Positions 8,102 to 20,900 of a stretch of DNA of 64,000 nt are shown here, one piece after another (the stretch's first letter is position 1; every line of letters starts with the position of its first letter). Location of the stretch: the NCBI GenBank assembly GCA_034667685.1, contig JAXDQU010000050.1, positions 35,964 through 99,963 on the forward strand, in the 5' to 3' direction. This DNA is from Thermoplasmata archaeon. Lineage in GTDB: Archaea; Thermoplasmatota; SW-10-69-26; JACQPN01; JAJPHT01. Both the position numbers and the translations under genes were made by a program. Below the pieces are notes generated by a model. It had not been told where the DNA came from. It did not search any database and worked only from the letters and a program-made list of their open reading frames with translations.

Positions 8102-11100
8102 TCACCGGCGGGCGCGCCTTCCGAAGGCCAGCGCGGCGACGAGGCCGATCCCGCAGAGTGTCGCCACGGAGACATCCGGGGCGCGGTGCTCCGGTGACAC
8201 CTCGAACGCCGCGGGCTCCGCGTGGAGCGGGCCCTGCGCCTCGACCGAGACCGCGTAGCTGCCCGGCCCGGCGAGCGCGAGGACGGCGTCCGAGGCGCCC
8301 CCGGCGCGCACGCGGTGGAGCGTGGCGCGGTCGAGCACGGTCGCGTCGCGCGTGAGCACCACCTGCACCTCGTCGGCGTCCGCGTCGCCCGCGTTCGCGA
8401 CGGTGGCGCGCACGGCCCCGCCCTCCAGCCGCGTCGTGATGGAGAGCTGGACGCGCTGGACCGCGACCTGGAGCGGCGTCGCGCTGGCGAAGCGCGCGGC
8501 CGGGGCCAGGGACCAGGCGCGCAGGTCGGTCTTGGCGTCGGGCGTGACGTTGACCTTCAGGAGCGCGTGCTCGCCGGGGCCCAGCGAGGCGGGCTCGGCG
8601 CGCGCGGCGACCGTCCAGCCTTCGGGCGCGGGGATCTGGAGGGCGGAGAGGTCGAGGCGCGTGTTGCCGACGTTCTCGACGTCCACGCTCAGGAGCGAGG
8701 GGAGCCCGGCGGTCGCGCGCAGCGGCGTCAAGGCCGTCAGGTTGAGCGCGGCGCGCTCGGGCACCTCGACCGAAAGCGACCAGGGAACGGTGGCGCCGTC
8801 GTCCGACTGCACGAGGAACGTCGCGAGCGCGGGGCCCGGGGGCGCGTCGGAGGGGACCTGCAGGTCGACGCCGAGCTGCCCCTGCTGGCCCACGGGGATC
8901 GAGGCGGGCGGGCCCATGACGAGGCCGAAGCCGCGCGGGATCTGCTCGGGGACGAGCGTGACGTTCTCGACGCCATTGCCGCCGTTGAGCAGCGCGAGGC
9001 GCGCGCTGGCGACGCCGTGCCCGTTCACGCTGGCGCTCGCGCTGGGGTCCTGGAAGGCCAGGCCGTGGATCGCGCCCGCGACGGCGACGAGGTCGAGCGC
9101 GTCCGTGGCGACCGGGTCGCCGAGGAACTGCGGGATCGTCTGCACCGAGAGGCGCAGGTTGGCGCGGGCCGCGCGCGCGGCGTCCGCCGGCACGGGGATC
9201 GCGAGGTCGAGCGTGACGTCGGAGCGCGGCGGGATGCCCAGCAGCTCGGTGATGTTGTAGCCGCGCGCGCTCACGGTGGGCGCGCCCCAGCCCTCGTACG
9301 AGCCCGAGACGTTGATATCAATCCCCATGCGCGCGTCGCCGCGGTTGTGGAACGTGACGTTGAAGTGCGCGGACTCGCCCGGCTGCGCCTGGACGATGCT
9401 CGCGTTCGCGTCGAGCTCGATGTGGAGGTCGGCCAGGGCGCGCAGCGTCGCGGTGACCTGCGCGGCGGCGGATGCGTCGTGCGCCGACTCGGCCACCAGC
9501 TCCAGCTGCGTCGCGGAGCCGCCCCCGGCGGGCGCCGAGGTGAGCACGGGGAGCGTCGCGGTCTGGTCCGGGTCGAGGTGCAGCGAGGCGATGCGCGTGC
9601 CGTCGGCGAACGTCGCGCCCCACTCCGGCGAGCCCGGCAGCGCGCGCACGATGATATCATCGGGGATCGTCGCCGTGTTCTTGACGACGAGCGTGAGCGT
9701 CTTGTTCTCGCCCTTGCCGTAGGCGACGTTCTTCGCCTTGGGGCCGCCCTCGCCGTCGAACCAGGCGTCCACGGCGCGCGTCGCGCGCACGATGGTCGTC
9801 GCGCGCATGCGGTCCACCATGTCGGGGTTGCCGGCGGAGGCGGCGCTCAGCTCGACCACCGCGCGTTCCCCCTCGTGGGCGTCGGCAGGCGGCGTGACGG
9901 TGAGCGTGACGGCGCGCGAGGCGCCCCCGGCGAGGCGGACGTCGGTGTCCGAGAAGACCGCGCTCCAGCCCGCGGGGAGCGGCGTGACCGCGAGGTGGAT
10001 CGTGTCGGGCACGCCGTTGCCGCCGGAGTCCTTGGCGAGGTTCTGCACAATCAGCGGGTAGACGATGGGCGTGCCGGGGCCGGTGCTTCCCACGAGCGGC
10101 TCGGCGAGGCCGCCGCCGGGCTTGAGCGAGACGAGGTAGCCGCGGTACTGGAGCGGGCCCTGGACCCAGGGCGTGATCGAGTCGTCGAGCCCGGCGAAGA
10201 AGCCCCCGGGTAGGGAGGGGACGAGCACGACGGGCTTCGTGGCGTGGATGGTGGCGGCGCCGCTCTCGGGCCACGCCACGTTCGTCAGGTCGTTGGCGCC
10301 CAGGCTCGCGTCGGTGGCCGAGAGGCCGCCGCCCGCGACGTGGACGCGCGTCGCGTCGTAGAGCCCGACCACGGTCTGGCTCGTGAGCGTCGAGAAGGAG
10401 GTCCCGCCGACGCCGCCCACGGCCGTGATGGCCGCGCCATGCCCCGCGGAGGAGGGGATCGTCGCGGTGAAGCTCGCCAGCGTCGCGCGCTCGTCGAGCG
10501 TGCTCTCGCTGGCGCTGGGCGTGGCGTACACGACGAGGGGGCAGGGGGCGCCGTCGTCGCGGACGAGCCAGGGCGTGGTGGGCGACGCGAGGGCCGCCGA
10601 GGGGTCCACGCGGCCGGTCGCGTCGAGCGGCTGGCGCGCGTCTCCGGTGAGGGCGTCGCGCCCGCGCGCATACCCGTCGCCGCCGATCGAGAGGACGGCG
10701 CCGCGCTCGGTGACGCGGTGGATGCCGGGCTCGCAGGGAGGCTGGTTGGTGCGCGTCGCCCCGCTGTGGGCCTGCGCCTGGTAGAGCGGCCCCACGAGGC
10801 GGGGACCCACGGGCGCGCCGTCGAGCGCGGGCCACTGCGCGAACGTGCTCCACTGGGGGATCGCCAGGACGAGCACGGGCGCGTCGGAGCTGACGACGTG
10901 CTGCTGGGGTGGCGTCGTGGCGGGGATGCTGGTCAGCGGCGCGCCGGGCGTCAGCGTCGTCGTCGAGCCGTCGATGGAGAGGGTCGCGGTGCCCTGCGGC
11001 GCGTAGACCCAGAAGCCGTTGCTCTCCGCGGGCGGGAGGCGGAACTGCGTCCCCAGCGTGGACCCGTCGAGGCTGGGCACCGGGCCGGAGAGCAGGCCGT

Positions 11101-11902
11101 CCATCGCGACGGCGATGACGGGCTTGTTGGACGTGACCTCGATGAGCGCGGGGTCGCTGCTCACGTCGAGCTCGCGGAAGTCGGACGCGTTGAGCGAGAG
11201 CGGGTTGTGCACGGGGCTGTCGGGCGCCGTCTCGATGGGCGTCGGGTGGCCGAACTGGTAGGCCTGCACGAGCGCGCTGGTGCCGTCGTCGATCGCGAAG
11301 ATGCCCACCTTGCCCGCGGTGCCCACGAGGTGCGTGCCCTTGGTGATCCAGTAGGCGGCGTCGAGGGGCGCGACCTGCGCGGGCGTGTAGTCCGCCGCGG
11401 GCTTCTGGCCGTTCTGCTTCGTGTCCAGGTAGATCATGAACGCGCGCGTCTGGCCCGCCTTCGTCGCGCCCGGCATTACCCAGTCGACGTGGAACGCGGG
11501 GGTGAGCGCGCGATCATAGGGCGCGTTGCCCGCGAGCATGCCCGGGGTCGCGCGCGAGGGGACCTCGCCCACGATGAGGCCGTCGGTGGAGGCGCCGGTG
11601 CCCAGCGAGCGGTACTCGACGACGCGGACCGAGGCCTCGTCGAAGTCGAACTCGTGGAGGAGCGACGTCGCGCCCTGCGCCGAGGCGGGCCAGCCCGCGG
11701 CCCCGAGCAGCGAGCGCAGGTCGAGGTCCTCGCGGACGGCCGCGTCGTGCATCGCGACGGAGAGGTTGTTGCGGGCCAGGACGGGGATGCGCAGGTGCCA
11801 GCCCGCGTTCATGTCCCGGTCGCCCCACCACGAGGGGTAGCTCGCCTGGGCGCCGACCACCGGAGGAAGGAGGATCGCGGCGACGAGGAGGAGCGCGATC
11901 AC
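8102..11902 (-). CDS. Surface protein, ~1,266 aa: DUF2341-like N-terminus, IgGFc-binding-N-like region, NEW3/CARDB-type Ig repeats, C-terminal anchor
   Basis: GTG 11902 overlaps the upstream TGA (GTGA). Signal peptide VIALLLVAAILL; YPSWW...WHLRIPV; VTSNKPV/SSDAPV/ATKPVV repeats; many 'V.N.GN' Ig repeats; ends APDVS-hydrophobic-RRARR. Domain names come from motif recognition only. Confidence 0.85.
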   Translation of the reverse strand: MIALLLVAAILLPPVVGAQASYPSWWGDRDMNAGWHLRIPVLARNNLSVAMHDAAVREDLDLRSLLGAAGWPASAQGATSLLHEFDFDEASVRVVEYRSLGTGASTDGLIVGEVPSRATPGMLAGNAPYDRALTPAFHVDWVMPGATKAGQTRAFMIYLDTKQNGQKPAADYTPAQVAPLDAAYWITKGTHLVGTAGKVGIFAIDDGTSALVQAYQFGHPTPIETAPDSPVHNPLSLNASDFRELDVSSDPALIEVTSNKPVIAVAMDGLLSGPVPSLDGSTLGTQFRLPPAESNGFWVYAPQGTATLSIDGSTTTLTPGAPLTSIPATTPPQQHVVSSDAPVLVLAIPQWSTFAQWPALDGAPVGPRLVGPLYQAQAHSGATRTNQPPCEPGIHRVTERGAVLSIGGDGYARGRDALTGDARQPLDATGRVDPSAALASPTTPWLVRDDGAPCPLVVYATPSASESTLDERATLASFTATIPSSAGHGAAITAVGGVGGTSFSTLTSQTVVGLYDATRVHVAGGGLSATDASLGANDLTNVAWPESGAATIHATKPVVLVPSLPGGFFAGLDDSITPWVQGPLQYRGYLVSLKPGGGLAEPLVGSTGPGTPIVYPLIVQNLAKDSGGNGVPDTIHLAVTPLPAGWSAVFSDTDVRLAGGASRAVTLTVTPPADAHEGERAVVELSAASAGNPDMVDRMRATTIVRATRAVDAWFDGEGGPKAKNVAYGKGENKTLTLVVKNTATIPDDIIVRALPGSPEWGATFADGTRIASLHLDPDQTATLPVLTSAPAGGGSATQLELVAESAHDASAAAQVTATLRALADLHIELDANASIVQAQPGESAHFNVTFHNRGDARMGIDINVSGSYEGWGAPTVSARGYNITELLGIPPRSDVTLDLAIPVPADAARAARANLRLSVQTIPQFLGDPVATDALDLVAVAGAIHGLAFQDPSASASVNGHGVASARLALLNGGNGVENVTLVPEQIPRGFGLVMGPPASIPVGQQGQLGVDLQVPSDAPPGPALATFLVQSDDGATVPWSLSVEVPERAALNLTALTPLRATAGLPSLLSVDVENVGNTRLDLSALQIPAPEGWTVAARAEPASLGPGEHALLKVNVTPDAKTDLRAWSLAPAARFASATPLQVAVQRVQLSITTRLEGGAVRATVANAGDADADEVQVVLTRDATVLDRATLHRVRAGGASDAVLALAGPGSYAVSVEAQGPLHAEPAAFEVSPEHRAPDVSVATLCGIGLVAALAFGRRARR

Positions 11903-14900
11903 GCCCCGCGTCGGCGCCACCTCCAGAGGCGTCCGACGAGGGCCACCAGCGCGAGGAGCGCGAGCGGCGAGGGGCCGGGGACGTGCTTGGCCGCGGAGCC
12001 CACGGCGCCCAGCGGGCCCTGCGGGACGTGGAGCGAGTCGCCGAACGCGGCCGTGTCGCCGCCGTGCGCGCCGTGCGGGTCGACCGCGACGACGATGGCG
12101 TGCAGGCCGGGCGTCGCGTTCCACGCCAGGTGCACGAGGCCCGACTCGGCGGGCGCGAGGTCGACCTTCTGGAGCGCGACGAGCGCGCCGTCGACGTAGA
12201 GCTCGACGGGGAGCCCGCGGAGCGCGTCGTCGCCGTCGTTGCGCACCTGGACCGCGTAGTCCACGAGCCCGCCCGCGCTGGGCGTGCCGGTGGCGCGCGT
12301 GACGTTGACGAGCGTCGCCTTGCCGGCGCGCAGGTCGAGCGAGAGCGGCGTGAGGTTCGCCAGCAGGCTGCCCGCGCTGGTCGCGGCCGGGTCGATCGCG
12401 CCCACGAGGGGCTGGTACATGCCGGGCTGGAGCCCGTCGGGCAGCTCGATCGTGAGGTTGAACGCGGCGCGGTCGCCCGGCGCGAGGCGCACGTTGGGCT
12501 GGTCGAACGTGGCGCGGGCGCCCGCGGGCAGGCCGTAGGCGCGCGGCTCGCGGACGGAGTCGTGGTTGCCGCTGAACGTGACGCCCAGCGCGTAGTGGAT
12601 GGTGCGGCCCGCGGCGCTCACGCCCACGACGTCGAGGCGCGTCTCGCCCCACGGCTCCACCTGCGCGGAGACGGGCGCGTCGCCCAGCGTGGCCGCGTCC
12701 TGGCGCACCACGAGGCGCGCGTCCACGAGGCCCGGCTGCGTCGAGGCGGGAAGCTCGCCCACGATGGTGATGGGCGCCGAGTCGCCCGGCGGGACGTCGG
12801 GCGCGGCGATCTGGCCGAGCACGTGGCCGGCGGCGTCCTCGAGCAGCACGTCGCCCGAGAGCGGCGTGTTGCCGGTGTTGAGGAGCTGCGCGTCGACGCG
12901 GAGCGCCTGGGGCGGGCCCGCGGCGCGGTACACGATGGCGTCGGCGCCGGGGTGCGCGGCGACCGCGACGTCGAGCGTGCGCTGCGCGACGCGGCCCTGC
13001 GCGGTGGCTGCCAGCACGAGGCGCGCCTGGCGCGCGGGCTCGCTGGGGCCGGGCGTGATCGTCAGCGTGATCGCGCGCGACTCGCTGGGCGCCAGCGCCA
13101 CCTTCGCGAGCGAGAGCGTGGCCGCGGGCGCGTCGCCCGTCGCGGTCACCGTCAGGAGCTGCGGGTAGGGGCCGGTGTTGACGAGCTGGACGGGCACGTC
13201 GAGCGGCACGCCGGGCTGGAGCGTCAGGTTCGTCTGCGCCACCTGGAACTGGATCTCCGGCGGGAAGATCGGGAGGTCGAGGTCGCGCTCGTTGTTGCCC
13301 GTGCTCAGCTCCAGGTTGGGCGTCGTGGCCTGCACGCGGAAGCGCGTGGCGTTGTCGGGCGCGAACTCGGTCGCCGAGACGTCGACGCCCTGGCCGGGCG
13401 CCAGCGTGCCCAGCGCCTGCTCGCGCAGCACCGCGCCGCCCTCGTAGATGCGGACGACGACGTCGTGCGCGTCGGCGATGCCGAGGTTCACGATGCGCGC
13501 GCCAAGCTGGATCACCTGGCCGGGGTTCGCCTCGTGGAGGACGAGCCCGGTGGGCGTGCGCACGACGAGGCTCGCCGGGTCGATGGCGAGGTCGGGGCGG
13601 ATCAGCTGGATGACGCGGATCGGGACGGCGTAGCCGTCGTTGGCGTGGTCGTAGTCGACCTCGATGCGGTCCGGGTCCACGAGCACGTGGATGGTGTGGT
13701 TGCCGCGGTGGCCGAAGTCGGGGCGCCAGGCGTCCGCGACGACGGCGTCGACGCCCAGGGGCGCGCCGGCCTGCAGCGCGGGGATCGTCTCCTCGTGCGT
13801 CCACTCGGTGAGCCCCGTCGCGTCCTCCGTGATCCAGAGCTTGACGCGCGTGGGCGCGCTGTCGCGCGTGCCGAGGTTCGTGACGGAGACCGCGATCTGG
13901 TGGGGCACGCCTTCCTCGAGGCGGATGCCGGACGCGCCGGGCTGGCCGTCGAGGGTGAGCGAGGCCGCGAGGTCCGCGCGGGCCAGCGGCGCGAAGCGCA
14001 GCGTGAGCGGCGCCAGCACCTCGACGAAGGGCTCGTCGAGGCTCGTGGCCGCGACCTGCGGTGATAGCACGCGGGAGAAGGAGCCGCGGGCCGCGGGCGA
14101 GCTGGCGCGCAGCGTGACGCGCATCGAGGCGCCCGGCGCGATGGTCACCTGGTCGGGCACCATCTGGAGCCAGCTGCGCTCCGAGGGGTTGAGGTTCGAC
14201 GCGAGCCGGTCGAGGCTCAGCGAGACCGTCTTGGGCGCCGCGCCCGGGTTCGTCAGGAGCAGCGGGAAGTCCTTCACCGCGCTGTCGGTGAGCGGGAAGT
14301 CGAGGCCCGCGGGCGAGAGCGAGAGCTCGCCGCTGGCCAGCGTGACCGCGCCCAGGCGCCATCCGGCTCCGTCCCCGTTGCTCACGACGAATTTGATGGT
14401 GACGTTCTTGCTCTCGAAGCCGCAGCCGGTGCCCAGCGCCAGGCGCGTGAACGTCCACTGGGGCGAGGAGCCGCCGGGCGCGTAGCCGAGCACGCGCGTG
14501 CAGCCGTCGTCGGCGATCGCGAGGACCGAGACGTTGCCGTTGCCCTCGAAGCGGGGCTTCGACCAGAACTCGACGGCCGCGTCGGACGTCGCGCCGCGCA
14601 TGTCCACGAGGGGCGAGGTCAACGAGCCGTTGAACCACGAGGTGAGCTTCTTCCCCTGGCCGACCTCGGTGTCGTTGAGGCCGATGAGCATGCTGGCGTT
14701 GCCGAAGGCGTGCTCGTCGTCGGTCTTGCGCCACTGGACCTTGGAGGTCGTCTCCCCCGGGTTGGGGAGGGTCGCGGGCACCCACAGCCCCGCGTCCTCG
14801 GCGAAGTCGGTGCCGTACGCCACGTCGCCGCGGGCGACGCGCGCCTTCAGCGAGGTCGCCGCGATGCCCAGCTCGTCGGAGCGCACGGCGACCGTGTAGT

Positions 14901-17900
14901 TGCCCTCGGCGGGGAGCCGCAAGGGCGGGCCGCGCAGGAGCGTGCTGGCGCCGGGCGCGAGGTATGGGACGAGGATCGAGCCGTTCGCGATGCGCGACTT
15001 GTTGACGTTGAAGAGATCGACCGCGACGGTCCGGTTCACGATGGGCGCCGTGCCCGTGTTCACGAGCGTCGCCCGCAGCGTGACGAGCCCGGGCGCCGGG
15101 AGCCAAGGCGGAAGCAGCGTGGCGTTCTGGATCTCTGCGCTCTGGTCGTCCGCGACCTGGAGCCGCCAGGTGCGCGCGGCGCGCCCGGGGACGTCGTCGG
15201 GCGGAGGCGCGAACGCGAAGTTGCCGTCGGCGCCCAGCGTGCCCGCGATGGCCTCCAGGCGCACGGTGTGGAAGGAGACGGTCTGGTCCGGCGTCAGGCG
15301 GAGCGCGAAGGGCACGCTCGATCCGGGCTCGCCCGCGGGGGCGAGGACGGGCGCGAACGTCGCGGCCGCGTAGCGCGAGCCGGCGGGGAGCACAGCCGTG
15401 GAGCCCTCCAGCACCGAGGCCTGGAAGGGGGTCGTGTCCTGCACGAGGCCGACGCCCACGACGCGGCGCGCGTCGGGGCCGAAGTTGACGAGGGTGCCGC
15501 GGATGATCGCGGTCCCGTCCGGCGCCACGTGCAGGGGCTGCTGCGTGAGCTCGACGCCGAGGCTCGAGGCGTAGCGCGTGCCGGCGACCTCGAGCTGGTC
15601 CATGGCGAAGTTGCCCTGGAGCGTGCTGTTGTCGGTGCCCACGCGCGCGCGCAGGAGCAGGTCGGGCGACGAGAGGACGCGGCCCCGGACCTCGATCTTG
15701 GCGATCTCCCACCAGCGCGGCTGGGCGTCGACGGCGCCGCCCGACCACGCGTGGAAGCCGAGGCGGATCGTCTGGCCCGCGTACGCGGAGAGGTCGAAGC
15801 GGTCGACGGCGTAGGGGCCGCTGCCGCCGCTGGGCGAGGCGCCCGAGAAGACGTACGAGATGTTCCCCGCGCGCTGCTTGTACCAGTTGGGGCCGCTGTT
15901 GCCGCTCATGACGTGCTGGTACCACGCGCTCGGGAAGCGCTGGAACGTGTCGCCCACGTCGGGCAGCGTCGCCACGTAGGGCGCCCCGATGGGGCCGGGA
16001 AGCGTGGGGCGCGGCGCCGTCGGGCCGGGAGGCTCGGGCGCGGCGAAGACCTGCTTCCAGTCGTCCCACTGGCGCGTCGTCCGGTTGAGCGCGGACACCT
16101 CGACGACGGCGCCCTGGTAGCGCTGGTTCGTCCACGAGTCGAAGCCGACGGGGACGTTGGCCTCGTCGTCGAGGAGGTTGTAGCGGTGCGTGAGGTTGAG
16201 CGCGACGTTGCTGGAGCCGGCCTCGCCCAGGTCGATCGCGGGCGAGACGAGGCGCGTGTCGACGTGGGGCGCGACGGTCAGGTTCCAGACCGACGTGGCG
16301 AGGCCCTCGTCGTCCACCGAGGGGACGGACCTCCACGCGGCGGGCGTGGCCGGGATGCTCGCGACGGTCGAGAAGCGCTGGCTCACCCAGCCGCCCGTCG
16401 GGGCGAAGATGAGCGGGACGACCGCGCCGTCGTCGAACGTGACGGAGCGCAGGTCGACCCCCGAGAGCGCCCATCCGAGGTCGCCGTACAACGAGTCGTA
16501 GGAGTAGAACGAGAAGCGGATGCGAAGCGGGTTCGAGGCGTTCACGTTCTCGATCGTCGTCGAGAGGTGCGACCAGGGCCCGTTGCGCTCGAGGACCTGG
16601 ATCTGGGCGTCGGGGATCAGGTTCGAGGGCTGGGGGTTCGGCCAGTGGCCCGGGTGGTCGGGCTGCCAGGCGTAGATCTGATAGCGCGCGCCGGTGCCCT
16701 GCCACGAGGAGTTGAGCGTGCCGTCGCGCATGTCCCACCACGAGAGCGTGAGCTTGCCGTCGGCCTTCGAGACGTCGAACGTGCCCTGGTAGTAGGGGAT
16801 GCTGGGGTCGTTGACGTCGACCTTCGTCGTCGAGTGGGACGCGTAGCCGGACCAGACCATCGTCCCCTCGTGCGCCTGGAACACCTGCGTCTGGTTCTGG
16901 AACTCCCAGCGCCCGGTGTCGGTGGCGCCCGCGGGCACCATCCACGGCGCGTACCAGCTCATCGGCTTGGGGGGATCGGCCAGCGGGTCGGTCTGGAGCG
17001 CGTTGACCGACGTGGCCCCGGGGATCGGCACCTGGCGGAACACGACGTCCTCGGAGATGCCCGGGACGGTCGCGAGGTCGAACGAGACGGGGACCCAGCC
17101 GTCGAGGTTGACGATGCTCTCGTGCGAGTCTCCGGTGAAGGCGGTCACGGCCTCGTCGGGCGACGCGTTGATGGCGAGCGGATTGGAGCCGACGAGCGCC
17201 GGAAGCCCGCCGCCCTCGGGCGTGAGCGGGATCCACGTCGCGCCGTCGTCGGCGCTGACCTCGAAGCGCGCGCCGTCGAAGCGCGTCTCCAGGTCGTAGC
17301 GGACGAAGGCGTTGAGCACCGCCGCGCGCGCGTCGGCGATGGCGACGGTCGGGCTCATGAGCGAGCCGTCGGTGTCCGGCGGGAGCGCCCCGCTGGTGGC
17401 GTTCATCGCGGCGACGCCCTGGGGCGAGCGGAAGCCCTCGGAGGTTCCCCACACGGGCGTGCCGGTGGGCGTCCAGCCGTCGAGGCCGTCGTCGAAGCTG
17501 GCCGCGTAGAGCGCGGTGCGGGCGCTCAACGAGCCGCGGTAGAAGTTGTCCGAGGGCGTCGCGTCGGGGGTCTGGTCCGCGGCCGCGAGGACCGTGAGCG
17601 TGTAGTCGCCGGGCTGGTTGGGCACGACGAACCCGTCGTCGGACGAGTAGGGCTGGCCGTCGACGCGCGGGTCGAGGCTCTCGAAGCGCATGCCTTCCGA
17701 GGAGGGCCAGACGGTCGCGCCCAGCTCGATCGCGGTGTGGTCGACCAGCGTCGTCTTCGAGCCGGCCACGAGGGAGAGGTCGCGCGTGAGCGTCACGTGC
17801 GTGAGCGGCTCGTTGCCGTGGTTGAACACCTGGATCGAGACGTAGCGCGGGCGCCCCTCGCGGCCGATCTCCGGGCTGATCTGCGCCTGGATGGCGAGGT

Positions 17901-20900
17901 CGTTGCGCGTGCGGGCGACCAGCGAGCCGTCGAGGCCGATCGTCATGTTGTCGTTGAGGTCGTTCTCGTCGAAGTCGGCGCCCAGCGCGCGCACGTGCGC
18001 CTGGATGCTGTAGGCCGTGTCCTCGCCCACCGGCACGGTCCAGGGCACGGTCTGGGAGGCCGTCTCGTTGGGCGCGAGGACGCCAAGGTCGATGGACGTC
18101 GAGTTGATCGGGGCGCCGTGGAGCCGCGAGACGTTCACGTCCACGCCCAGGGTCAGGGGGAACTGGCCGGTGTTGCGCACGGTGACGTGGATGGGCACCA
18201 CCGTGTTGGGGCCCACGCCCATGCTCTGCCAGTCGTAGGGCAGGTTGAGGCTGAGGTTGTCGACCGCGCCGTCCATCGCGAAGACGGAGACGGGCGTCAC
18301 GCGCAGGTCGCGCAGGAGCCAGTATGCCTGGACGAATGCATTCTCGTCGGCGCTCTGCGTGCCCACCTGCTCGGAGGCGCGGAACCCGAGGCGGACGTCG
18401 CGGTTCGCGAGGTCGACGCCCGCGAGCATGGGCTGGCCGCGCAGGTGGAACGACGCGAGGCGCGTGACCGGCGCCGGCATGGGAAGCGCGGCGTTGAGGA
18501 TGGTGGCGTTCACGATGTTGCCAAGGTACGTGCCATCGGCATCGCAGAACGGGACCCCGACGTTCCCCACGCATGGGCCGGTCTGGAAGAAGCCGTCATA
18601 GCCGCTGATGTAGGTGCTGCTCTTGCGCTCGTCGCCGCTCGGATTCGCGAGCACGAGGCCGGGCGCGGGAGGGTAAAGACCGCCGTTGCCGTCCGGGTAG
18701 ATCGGATAGAAGGGCGACCAGGTCCCGTCGTCGAGGCGGTACTGGAGCTCGACGTATCCGACCTGGTTGATGCCGTACGTGAGCTGGTTCGCGTACACGC
18801 CGAACGACTCCCTGTGGAGGAACGTGACGAGCGGGTCGGAGGCTTCGGTGAAGTGGAGCACGGGCGACGTGAGGCGGTCGGAGGACTGCACGGCCGTCGT
18901 CGCGGGCGGATAATACTCGAAGACGGAGGGGCTGCCGTCGAGCGTGTCGGCGCCGCCAGGCGCGTCACGCCAGAGGGTCGGGAAACTGCCCGGCAGCTGC
19001 CCTTTGTCCCAGGCCGCGGCCTCCGCCGCGCTCATGGTGAACCAGCAGTTGAATCCGGCCTGGACCGGGACGCTCGTGCCGGGGGTGACCTGGCTCGCCT
19101 GCGGGGGCGGGAGGGTCGGGTCCTTCCACGTGCACGAGGAGGGCTGCGCGGGCGCGCCGCCGTCGCCGGCGTTGCCGGTGAGGTGGATGATATCCGTGCG
19201 CCAGCTCTCGTCCTTCCCGTCCGGGACGCCCGTGAGCCGCAGGTCGTCGATGAAGATGCCCGTCTCGTTGGCGAATGTGAACTTCGGCATGAGCGCGGTG
19301 GCGCGCAGCTGCATGCCGTTGAGCGACCAGGTGTCGACGTAGAGCGAGCTGGGGTCGATGTTCACCGGGAGGTCCTTGCTGTGCCACGTCAGGTTCTGAT
19401 CCACCTGGCCGTAGGTGGCGGGCGTCGGGTCCACGCCCACCTGGGTGCTCCAGACCAGGGAGCTCACCGGCAGGGAGCCCTGCAGGAACGAAGTGTCGAA
19501 CGTCGGATTGGTGTACGTGATGCTCAGCCCAAGCTGTCCCAGGCCCGAGATGGCGCCTTGGAACGGCTGGCTCTCCATCCAGCGCACCGAGATGCGTAGG
19601 TCGTGGTACGTCGCGCCGGAGGCCTGGGTCACGGCGCTGGGGCCGGCCGTGAGGATGGGGTAGCTCCGCTGCGACTTGTCCAGCGCGGGCTCGTCGGAGT
19701 GGCGCGCGACCCACATGGAGCCGGGCACGCCGGGCGAGTCGTCGAGCGGGATGGGCATCGTGGCCAGCTCCGCGCTCCAGTTGGGGTCGTGCGCGCCGCC
19801 GGGCTCGCGGAAGATCGGCGGCGGGGACCGGTGGACGTAGAAGTGCGCGAGGTGAGGCGTGGGCAGGCTGCCGGGGATCGACGTGTTGAGGGAGAGCGTG
19901 TGGAGGCCGCGCGGGGTGCCGTTGAACGGCCACGAGCGGTTCGCGCGCGCGCCAGGCTCGAGGTGCACGATCTCGTCGTCGCGCGCGACCGTCGTCGTGT
20001 TCACGCCGTCGGGGAGGAACGACTCGGTGAGATGGAGCTGGAGGTCGATGGGCACGTTGCCGTGGTTGGTGAGGTTGGCCATCGCCGTGGCGGTCTGGCC
20101 GTCGTCGACGAGCGGCTGCATCGACTCGAGCGTGGCTTCGTAGCGGATCACGGTGGTCGCGTCGAGCGTGAGGCTGCCCGCGTTGTCGCGGTCGGACGGG
20201 TCCGTGAGCGTGAGGTTGCCCTCGGGGCTCACGACATCGGCGCGCGCGACGAGCGAGACGGAATTCCCCTCGCCGGGCATGGTGAACGTGATCGGCACGG
20301 TCCAGGTGGCGCCGGGCCCGAGCCAGGCGTCCTGGATCAGCTGGTCGGGTCCGGCCGCGGCGCCGGCCTGCGTGATGCGGAGGCGGACCCGGCCCGCCGT
20401 CGAGGCGGCGTGGATGACGATGACGTGGGCCGTGACGTTCTCGCCCGGACGCGCGCGGTCGTCGTGGTCGGTGGCGTCGAGGCGGAAGCCGGTGCCCTGC
20501 ACGCCGTAGACCTTCACGTCCTGCGGGAAGGCGGGCGCGACGACGCGCACCTGGTCGATCTGCCAGCCGGGCTTGACGCCCGGGGGAAGCTGCGTGAGGT
20601 AGTCCGGGTCGGAGGAGGCCTGCGGCGAGGTGGCGACGTGGAAGCCCACCCAGATCGTCTGGCCCAGGAAGGGCGTGAGGTCGAACGTGACGGGGGTCCA
20701 GTCGGACGCGTTGGTGAAGCCGGCGCGGCCGTCGAGCGCGTGGACGCTGCCGCGCTGCGCCATGCCGTTCATCATGGCGAGCGGGAACGCCTGCTCGTCG
20801 GCGTGGAGCGCGGGGTCGTGCAGGTAGGCGACGACCTCGCCGCCGTCCTTGCCGTTGACGAATCCGAAGCGCGTCTGGAACGTGAGAAGGACCGAGCCCT

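Noticed and set aside
11903-18574. 5' part of the 3,490-aa ORF in the track (8102..18574)
   Set aside because: Arg/Pro/Gly-rich off-frame read-through overlapping the real 3,177-aa gene. The real protein starts at about 11902 with a signal peptide.
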